In this document: positions 48,074 to 55,004 of the stretch, piece by piece
How the letters are laid out: each line of letters starts with the position of its first letter
Numbering within the stretch: position 1 is the first letter of the stretch
Origin: Thermofilaceae archaeon
GTDB lineage: Archaea; Thermoproteota; Thermoprotei; Thermofilales; Thermofilaceae
Direction: 5' to 3'
Assembly: GCA_038727095.1 (NCBI GenBank)
Contig: JAVYWK010000007.1
Span: 1-64,000, forward strand
DNA length: 64,000 bases
Made by a program: the position numbers and the translations under genes
The notes under the pieces: generated by a model
What the model was told of the DNA's origin: nothing
What the model saw: the letters and a program-made list of their open reading frames with translations, nothing else
Databases searched by the model: none

Positions 48074-48188
48074 GGGGCCGTGGCCTAGCAAGGTATGGCG
48101 GCGGTCGCTTAGGTGGCCGAGGCTCCAGGCGCATTGGAATCCGAGGGTAACCCGCAGGTCCCGGGTTCGAGTCCCGGCGGCCCCACCA
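48074..48188 (+). tRNA. tRNA-Trp(CCA) with two introns: 30/31 (48105-48121) and 37/38 (48129-48149)
   Basis: GGGGCCG/CGGCCCC, A73; BHB CGGC/GCCG; spliced arm GCGGG-CT-CCA-GA-CCCGC; second BHB imperfect. Confidence 0.78.
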
Positions 48189-48436
48189 TCCGCCTCCAAT
48201 TCTCTACCTTGTTCTTACATAAACCTTCTAACTAGTTCTTTGTTAAATGGAACAACCCTCTATATTGTATCCGCACTGTTCCAAAATAATTATGCTGATG
48301 TGGAGCGATGATAATCAATGTTGCTAAGGGCGGTAAAGTGGAAAAACCGTGGAGAAGTTAAATGTAGAAAAATAGATATCGCTCATCCAGCGCGGAGTAG
48401 AGTATTTTTAAGGAGGTTTGTGCACCCCTCCGTTCG

Positions 48437-48682
48437 ATGGGGAAGGTAAGACCCCTCTATGTAAAGCGCACAGCGAGGAGGTTACTCGAAAAGTACCCAG
48501 ATAAATTCACAGAAGACTTTGAACATAATAAGCGTGTGGTAGGCCAGCTTATAAGCGCCAGCAAAAGGGTAAGGAACAGAATCGCGGGTTACATCACACG
48601 GCTGATTAAGCAGCAAGCTAGGCTAAAAGCGATAGAGGTGGCAGAGGCTGAAAGCGTACCTGTTGAGGAGGAAGGCATCTGA
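48437..48682 (+). CDS. rps17e: 30S ribosomal protein S17e
   Basis: MGKVRP..VKR.A, F..DFE.NK, SK.VRNRIAGYIT. Confidence 0.97.
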   Translation: MGKVRPLYVKRTARRLLEKYPDKFTEDFEHNKRVVGQLISASKRVRNRIAGYITRLIKQQARLKAIEVAEAESVPVEEEGI

Positions 48683-48751
48683 TTAGTGCTTATTGGCCGA
48701 TGGCTGAAACGAAAGCCATTAAAAGCGTTAGAGAGTTACCTCTCCTAGAGC

Positions 48752-48868
48752 GCCCCGGTCGTATAGCCCGGTCAAGTATGCCGGCCTTTCGAAGCTGAGG
48801 CCTGAGGATAGCCGGAGTGCGGTCTAGCCGCACGGATAACCCGGGTTCAAATCCCGGCCGGGGCACCA
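48752..48868 (+). tRNA. tRNA-Glu(UUC) with two introns: 37/38 (48792-48809) and 45/46 (48818-48837)
   Basis: GCCCCGG/CCGGGGC, CCGGC-CT-TTC-G|..|A-GCCGG; BHB-like motifs at both introns. Confidence 0.9.
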
Positions 48869-48934
48869 ATGGATACTCGCTCTCGATCGCTGCTATCTAG
48901 GTTTGGGAAAGGCAGGTTATGCACCCTTACTGGA

Positions 48935-49813
48935 TCAGGCAAAGTGGCGTTCAAGCGTCCCTTCTCGCGCTGGTACTAGATCTAGCAGCCTTCTCATCAA
49001 CTTGAGTTTGAGCTTCTCCCCCAGGTTTACCTTGATAAGCTTGAGGCTTACAGGCGATTTAGCCACCATAATTTCGCAATTGCTAAAGTTGCTAGTCAGC
49101 GCCCCATCTATCACCACACTACAACCACCCTCGATCACCACCGTCAGTTTACGGGTGGCGGAAGCCACGAAGGGCTTCAACAGAGCTGAAAACGGCGCTA
49201 GAGGAGTTACTATGAATGCCTCAAGCAGAGGGTCCAGAATGGCTCCACCCGCTGACAGTGCGTAAGCAGTGGAGCCCGTAGGTGTTGCGACGATAAGGCC
49301 GTCAAGCCGACCTTCCATTACTAACTCATCGTCCAGGAGTACCCTCGCTCTAAGGAGGACGCCGCAGCGTGATGTGAGTATCGCCGCCTCATTGGCGAAG
49401 ATGGAGCGCCAACCACTAATAACCGCCTCACCAACAAGCCGGTTTTCGATCGTGTACTTGCCCTGCGCGACGAGCTGGAGCGCTGGAATAGCATTGTCTA
49501 ACGTCACCTCCATGAGGAAGCCTAGACTATCGCCGCTGTTCACGCCCAGCAGGGGGATTACCCCCCGTGTTTCATGAAACACTTTAAGCAGTGTCCCGTC
49601 ACCACCCACCACTAAGGCAAAATCTGCCCACTTAACTGCCTGCTCAGGGCTTAATCTCGGAGAGTTACTGGGGAAGGGGCAGGCTGAGTGGATGGCAACC
49701 TGGAAACCGTGTTTCTCCAAGAAGTTCTCCAGCATTACGAGTTTCTCCTCGCTTACTGTCGGTTTTACGTAAACCCATACGCGCGTAAAGCCTCGCACGT
49801 GAACCCTATACAC
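48935..49813 (-). CDS. nadK: NAD(+) kinase
   Basis: GGDGT.L, LGFL, NE, DG..VATPTGSTAY.LSAGG. Confidence 0.95.
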   Translation of the reverse strand: MYRVHVRGFTRVWVYVKPTVSEEKLVMLENFLEKHGFQVAIHSACPFPSNSPRLSPEQAVKWADFALVVGGDGTLLKVFHETRGVIPLLGVNSGDSLGFLMEVTLDNAIPALQLVAQGKYTIENRLVGEAVISGWRSIFANEAAILTSRCGVLLRARVLLDDELVMEGRLDGLIVATPTGSTAYALSAGGAILDPLLEAFIVTPLAPFSALLKPFVASATRKLTVVIEGGCSVVIDGALTSNFSNCEIMVAKSPVSLKLIKVNLGEKLKLKLMRRLLDLVPAREGTLERHFA

Positions 49814-49899
49814 CCGGATATAGATTTTATAAGGTATTCACGGTTTCACGATTAGGCAAGGTTTTAATAGTGGGTAGAGCCGCATCCGTGTGAGGGACG

Positions 49900-50304
49900 A
49901 TGTCGACGAAGCCTGTGGATGCTGGGTCATTAAAGGAGGGCTCTTTTGTGATAGTAGATAGCGAACCCTGCAGGGTTACGGAAGTCGAAAGATCAAAGAC
50001 GGGGAAGCATGGGTCAGCTAAGGTCCGCATAGTCGCTATAGGGATATTTGACGGTGTGAAAAGAACCTTAGTCGTCCCTGCAGATTCCAAAGTCGAAACT
50101 CCGATCGTAAGGAAATTCCCAGGGCAGGTTCTCGCGTCTCTCGGCGGTGACATAGTTCAGGTGATGAGCCTGGAGGACTACTCCACTTTCGAGGCTCCGT
50201 TACCCGATGATCCTGACGTTAGATCAAAAATAGAGCCGGGAGTAGAAGTGGAAGTTTGGAGCATAATGGGACGCTACAAGATAATGCGTACGCTCAAACG
50301 CTAA
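49900..50304 (+). CDS. eif5a: Translation factor aIF5A
   Basis: Hypusine loop SKTGKHGSAK. Confidence 0.97.
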   Translation: MSTKPVDAGSLKEGSFVIVDSEPCRVTEVERSKTGKHGSAKVRIVAIGIFDGVKRTLVVPADSKVETPIVRKFPGQVLASLGGDIVQVMSLEDYSTFEAPLPDDPDVRSKIEPGVEVEVWSIMGRYKIMRTLKR

Positions 50305-50351
50305 AGCTGCAAGACCCAAACGCATATTACTGAGAGTTTGCACGGTTGGGC

Positions 50352-50405
50352 AGAGTGATGAACCAGGCTTGACGGATGCATGACGAGGATCTTGAGTGCT
50401 GATAC
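50352..50405 (+). ncRNA. C/D box sRNA, predicted guide for Cm34 of tRNA-Leu(CAA)
   Basis: C GTGATGA 50355-61, D' CGGA 50373-76, C' ATGACGA 50380-86, D CTGA 50399-402; D guide has 11-nt complementarity to the tRNA-Leu anticodon arm. Confidence 0.85.
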
Positions 50406-50524
50406 CTTATCCTTGGGCTAAAAAATCAATCCAAGATGTAAATAAATTGAAAAATAAAGCGAATAAATAGATAGAACATGTGCCTTTTATGCTATATATG
50501 ATAGCCGAATATTGCTACCTAGTC

Positions 50525-50547
50525 TTTATACCTTTCATTTAAAAGGT
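50525..50547 (+). promoter_or_regulatory. TATA box (TTTATA) and adjacent palindrome ACCTTT-N6-AAAGGT of the hydrogenase operon
   Basis: Inverted repeat at 50530-50547 between the TATA box and the ATG at 50567. Confidence 0.5.
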
Positions 50548-50566
50548 CAGAAGACGCGGCATCTCG

Positions 50567-51079
50567 ATGAATGAGCAGGGGGGAAGTTCCACGACGCCCC
50601 AATACGAAATGTTCAAGGGGCTGCATAGGGCACCCTACAGCCTACTGGAAGCCCTGAGGAGGGTTCAGGCGGTTTACGGTTACCTACCTCTCGAGGGGAT
50701 AAAGATGGCAGCCGATTATGTGGGCGTGCCTCTCGCTCAGGCGTACAGTGTCGCGACCTTTTACCACCAGTACAGCCTCGAACCAATCGGGAAGTACAGA
50801 ATACTGGTGTGCATGGGAACTGCCTGCCACTTAAGAGGGAATGGGCTCAATCTCGAGTTTCTAAGGACCATGCTGAACTTAAAGCCGGGTCAAAAGACTA
50901 CGCAGGATAGGGCTTTTTCAGTGGAAGAGGCGAGATGCTTTGGCTGCTGCGGTTTAGCTCCGGTCGTCATGATACTGAAGCCTGACGGGAGCAACGAAAT
51001 TGTTGGGAGAGCTACGCCCCGCAGCCTTCGAGCGGCCGTGGAGCGTTACCGCAAGCTTGCGCGGGGTGGTGAAGGTTGA
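50567..51079 (+). CDS. HydC/NuoE-like [2Fe-2S] subunit
   Basis: Q..YGYLP, VATFY, CMGTACH, CFGCC.LAP. Confidence 0.93.
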   Translation: MNEQGGSSTTPQYEMFKGLHRAPYSLLEALRRVQAVYGYLPLEGIKMAADYVGVPLAQAYSVATFYHQYSLEPIGKYRILVCMGTACHLRGNGLNLEFLRTMLNLKPGQKTTQDRAFSVEEARCFGCCGLAPVVMILKPDGSNEIVGRATPRSLRAAVERYRKLARGGEG

Positions 51080-53049
51080 CGTGGACGTTGCTCGATAGGT
51101 GCTGCGAAAAGTGCAGCCACAGTCCGGAGAAGCCGTGCCGCGACTACATCGAGTGCCGGCTTAACGGGCCGCTCTGCCACAGTGACGAGGAGTGCAGAGA
51201 GCGCAGGCGCAGGAGGCTTAAGGAGCTGAAGTACGGGGAGAAGGGTGCGAAGGTAAAGGTCCCGATGGCTAGCTGCACGCTAGCGACAGGGGCCGAAGGC
51301 ATCTACAGCGTAGTGCGGAGTACTATTGAAAAACTCGGTTTGGAGGCTACAGTAACAATAGCCGGGTGTCACGGGCTGGACTTCATCGATCCTTGGCTGG
51401 AGTTCTCAGCTGTAGGAATGCCGACGGCCATCTACGCAAACGTTAGGCCGGGCGACGTTCCTAAACTCGTTGAAAAGTACTTCGTAAGGCAGGAGGTCGA
51501 CGGGGCGTTCGCGCTGTGGGAGAGGACAGGGACGGCTAAGGGGGAGGAGAAAGTACCGCTGCTCAACGAACTGGATTTCTGGAGGAAGCAGGTCAAGTGG
51601 GTCTCCCGCAACTGCGGTGTCGTAAACCCGGAGTCGCTTGAAGAGTATGTAGCTGGCGGAGGATACAGGGGGCTGAGCAGAGCTCTGAAGATAGGGCCTG
51701 ACGCGGTTATAGACGAGATCCAGAAGAGTGGTCTACGCGGTAGAGGTGGCGCAGGCTTCCCGACGGGGCTCAAGTGGAGGCTTACAAGGCAGCAGCCGGC
51801 GAAGCCCAAGTACGTTATCGCAAACGCTGACGAAGGAGATCCGGGCGCTTTCATGAACAGGCTCCTAGCGGAGTCCGACCCCTTCAGGATCGTTGAGGGG
51901 CTGACCATCGCAGGCTACGCTATCGGCGCTGAAAGGGGTTTCATCTTCGTGAGAGCAGAGAAGCCCCTAATGGCGAAGAGGCTTCAAAGGGCTGTTGAGG
52001 AAGCGAGGAAGTGCGGTTTGCTGGGTGAAAACATACTCGGTTCAGGCTTCAGCTTCGACATAGAAGTCATTCTGAGCGCGGGAGCTTTCGTCTGTGGCGA
52101 GGAAACTGCGATGATAGCTGCCATAGAGGGGAAGAGGGCTTGGCCGCGGCAGAGACCGCCCTACCCCGCCGAGAAGGGGCTCTGGGGGCAACCGACGGCC
52201 GTGAATAACGTAGAAACGTTGGCCCACGTTGCGACGATAATGGCGGAAGGGGTGGAAAAGTTCACCGCGTTGGGTACTGAAAAGAGCAAAGGCACGAAGA
52301 TGTTCTGCGTAACTGGTTCGGTCAAGAGGGTTGGAGCATACGAAGTTCCGATAGGGGCTAGCCTCAGGTACCTTGTGGAAGATCTCGCGGGAGGGCCTCC
52401 GGATGGAGTGAGAATCAAGGCTGTTCAGATAGGAGGCCCCTCAGGAGGCTGTGTACCGGCTCAGCTGCTCGATCTGCCGGTTGACTACGAGACGCTGCAA
52501 TCGGCTGGTGCCATTATGGGAAGCGGTGGTATGGTGGTGATCGGGGATGACAGCTGCATGGTAGACGTTGCAAAGTTCTTCCTCACCTTTACTTCCGCTG
52601 AATCCTGCGGCAAGTGTATGCCATGCAGAGTGGGGTTGAGGGTCATGTGGAGCATTCTCGATAAGATCACCCGGGGCGAGGGGGCCGAAGATGACATCAC
52701 TACACTGCGGCAAGTAGCAGAGACAGTGAAATCGATGAGCCTGTGCGCGCTGGGTGGTACAGCTCCCAACCCCGTCCTTACAACGCTCCGATACTTCATG
52801 GACGAGTACACGGCGCACATTAAGGATAGAGTGTGCCCCGCTAAAGCCTGTTTAGCCCTAACCAAGTTCATCATCGATGAGGTGAAATGTATAGCCTGCG
52901 GGCAGTGCGCCGCGAACTGTCCGGCTAACGCGATTTCGAAGACTGACGGCGGCAAGTACCGGATAGACCAGGAGAAGTGTATAAGATGTGGCGTTTGTTT
53001 CACAGTCTGCCCCGTTAAAGCAATATCTAAAGCCTCTGGATCGAGGTGA
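51076..53049 (+). CDS. HydB/NuoF-like flavin/NAD-binding subunit, long (bifurcating-type) form
   Basis: GRGGAGFP, NADEGDPGAFM, GAFVCGEET, GGPSGG, ESCGKC.PCR.G...C, H....C....C, C-terminal 2x[4Fe-4S]. Confidence 0.93.
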   Translation: MTWTLLDRCCEKCSHSPEKPCRDYIECRLNGPLCHSDEECRERRRRRLKELKYGEKGAKVKVPMASCTLATGAEGIYSVVRSTIEKLGLEATVTIAGCHGLDFIDPWLEFSAVGMPTAIYANVRPGDVPKLVEKYFVRQEVDGAFALWERTGTAKGEEKVPLLNELDFWRKQVKWVSRNCGVVNPESLEEYVAGGGYRGLSRALKIGPDAVIDEIQKSGLRGRGGAGFPTGLKWRLTRQQPAKPKYVIANADEGDPGAFMNRLLAESDPFRIVEGLTIAGYAIGAERGFIFVRAEKPLMAKRLQRAVEEARKCGLLGENILGSGFSFDIEVILSAGAFVCGEETAMIAAIEGKRAWPRQRPPYPAEKGLWGQPTAVNNVETLAHVATIMAEGVEKFTALGTEKSKGTKMFCVTGSVKRVGAYEVPIGASLRYLVEDLAGGPPDGVRIKAVQIGGPSGGCVPAQLLDLPVDYETLQSAGAIMGSGGMVVIGDDSCMVDVAKFFLTFTSAESCGKCMPCRVGLRVMWSILDKITRGEGAEDDITTLRQVAETVKSMSLCALGGTAPNPVLTTLRYFMDEYTAHIKDRVCPAKACLALTKFIIDEVKCIACGQCAANCPANAISKTDGGKYRIDQEKCIRCGVCFTVCPVKAISKASGSR

Positions 53050-53055
53050 TGAGCC

Positions 53056-53712
53056 TTGGTGAAGGTAAAGATTGATGGTAGAATCGTGGAGGTCGAACCG
53101 GGCACAACAATACTAGAGGCCGCCGAGAAGGCGGGGATCAGCATACCCAAGCTCTGCGTAGTACCCGGCTTGTACGAATCATCGAGCTGCCGTCTCTGCG
53201 TTGTTAAAACCCCCGCGGGCCGTCTCTTCCCTGCCTGCAACTACCGGGTTTACAGGGACGAGGAGTTCATCGCCTCATCACACGATCTCTGGGAAATGAG
53301 AAGAGTGAACTTCGAGCTGGTCTTGAAGTTCCACAGGATCGAGTGCTGGCAGTGCGAGAGGAAGAGCGCTTGCTCACTGGTGGAATTATCCAAGGAGCTC
53401 ATGGTGGAGGGCATACCCGTGTGCTCTGAGTGCCCGCTGCCGAGAGATGAGTGCTTACTTCGTAAAGGCGTGTTGTGCTTAGGGATGATTACCCAATCGG
53501 GTTGCAACGCAGAATGTATAGTCGGCGGCGGCGAATGTTGGGGTTGCAGGGGGCCAATAGCGAGAGCCGACGTCCTGGAGCGAGCTTTCGAGAGGTACGC
53601 TGAGCTGGGCTTCAATTCACGGTTGGTTCTAAGTAAAGCGGAGATCTTCTGGAACTCGCTGGAAGAGTTCGCGATCGTTAAAAGAGTTGCTAACGAAGGT
53701 GGGGTGAAATGA
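53056..53712 (+). CDS. Chimeric Fe-S subunit: HydA/NuoG N-terminus plus [NiFe] small-subunit C-terminal domain
   Basis: [2Fe-2S] (IP.LC...CRLC...AC), H-x3-C-x2-C-x5-C, then PVCSEC...C...CLG..T..GC.A.C......C.GCRG. Confidence 0.85.
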   Translation: MVKVKIDGRIVEVEPGTTILEAAEKAGISIPKLCVVPGLYESSSCRLCVVKTPAGRLFPACNYRVYRDEEFIASSHDLWEMRRVNFELVLKFHRIECWQCERKSACSLVELSKELMVEGIPVCSECPLPRDECLLRKGVLCLGMITQSGCNAECIVGGGECWGCRGPIARADVLERAFERYAELGFNSRLVLSKAEIFWNSLEEFAIVKRVANEGGVK

Positions 53713-54995
53713 GCGGTAAGTTGGCTCTATTCATCGAGGAGGTTCCGGCCGTCGCGGGAAAGGTCAATGTTAAGATCGAGGGGGAGCAAACAAAAGTGAG
53801 AGTCGAGTTCGGCGTGGCCCAGGAGCCAAGGTTCTTCGAAAGGTTCCTTAAAGGCAGACCAGTAACTCTAGCACCCTGGGTCATGTCGAGGATTTGCGGT
53901 GTCTGCAGCCAAGTCCACCTCACGTGCTCGATAGAAGCCGCTGAGAAAGCGCTAGGCCTGAAACCAAAACCGGAGGTATTCTCGCTTAGAGAGGTGGCGA
54001 AGGGCCTCGAAATAGTCCAGAATAACGTCGTTCACGTGCTCATGTCCATACCCGACTTTACGGGCCACGGTAACGTTGTGGAGTTCTCTAAGGCCCATCC
54101 AAGCCTTTTCGGCACGCTCATGGCTGTGAACTCGTCGCTACTCGAGGTTAGTAAGAGGGTGGCTGGAAGGTTTGTCCACCTGCCTAGCCTGGGGGTGGCT
54201 ACGCACGGCAAACCGGTAAGCGTGCACGAATTGATTTCAGCCAGCAAAATGCTGAAGGGCGTCGCAAGCAGCTTGATGGAAACGGCGGAGGAGCTGAGCA
54301 AGGTGTGGGGGCCACTTTGCGAGGGCTTTAAGGACCCAGCGCCCACGTACTGCGTGCTTAACGCGTCGCAGCGGAGGTATCCCTTCTTCTCCGGCGAGTT
54401 GCTCTTCTCCGATGGAAGGGTCGTGAGGGCTGGGGAGTACGCGTACGCGCTGGAGGAGCTCACAAGCCCCTACTCGAATGCCCACTACGTCCTCTACAAG
54501 GGGGAACCCTTCTACGTAGGATCAAGAGCCAGGCTTATGGCCTACCGGAGCTTTCTACCCAAAGAGATAATCGACCTTGAGAAGACACTTGCCGTGGATT
54601 TCTCCAACCCCTTTGATAACGTTAAAGCGCAGTATATCGAAGCGGCGTACGTGGCGGGCCTATTGGCGGAAACCTTAGACGAGCTAGCGTCGAAGGGTGA
54701 GGGAGTGCACCCCCACGTCCTAACGGAGTGCCCCGAGGTTGACGGTGAAGGCGTGGGACTGGCCACAGCGCCGCGAGGCGTCCTGATACACCACTACAGG
54801 GTTGCTAAGGGGAGGTTGGAGTACGCCAACATCATCACTCCAACCGTTATGAACGCGAGGCACATAGAGGTCACGGGCGAAGCCCTCGTAAAGTGGGCCG
54901 TCGAGAACGGCATAGAGGACGAGGGGCGCATCAAGCGTTTGGTAGCAGCACTCGTGAGAGCTTATGATCCATGCCTCCCCTGCTCCGTGCACTAG
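53709..54995 (+). CDS. [NiFe]-hydrogenase large subunit (group 3-like)
   Basis: RFFE..L.GR, L1 RICGVC, APRG.L.H.Y, PT..N, L2 RAYDPCLPCSVH immediately followed by stop. Confidence 0.93.
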   Translation: MSGKLALFIEEVPAVAGKVNVKIEGEQTKVRVEFGVAQEPRFFERFLKGRPVTLAPWVMSRICGVCSQVHLTCSIEAAEKALGLKPKPEVFSLREVAKGLEIVQNNVVHVLMSIPDFTGHGNVVEFSKAHPSLFGTLMAVNSSLLEVSKRVAGRFVHLPSLGVATHGKPVSVHELISASKMLKGVASSLMETAEELSKVWGPLCEGFKDPAPTYCVLNASQRRYPFFSGELLFSDGRVVRAGEYAYALEELTSPYSNAHYVLYKGEPFYVGSRARLMAYRSFLPKEIIDLEKTLAVDFSNPFDNVKAQYIEAAYVAGLLAETLDELASKGEGVHPHVLTECPEVDGEGVGLATAPRGVLIHHYRVAKGRLEYANIITPTVMNARHIEVTGEALVKWAVENGIEDEGRIKRLVAALVRAYDPCLPCSVH

Positions 54996-55004
54996 GTGGT
55001 TGGA

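Noticed and set aside
48122-48155. Alternative splice at 35/36 giving tRNA-Arg(CCU) instead of Trp
   Set aside because: No BHB helix supports those cut sites; A73 and the acceptor stem fit Trp better
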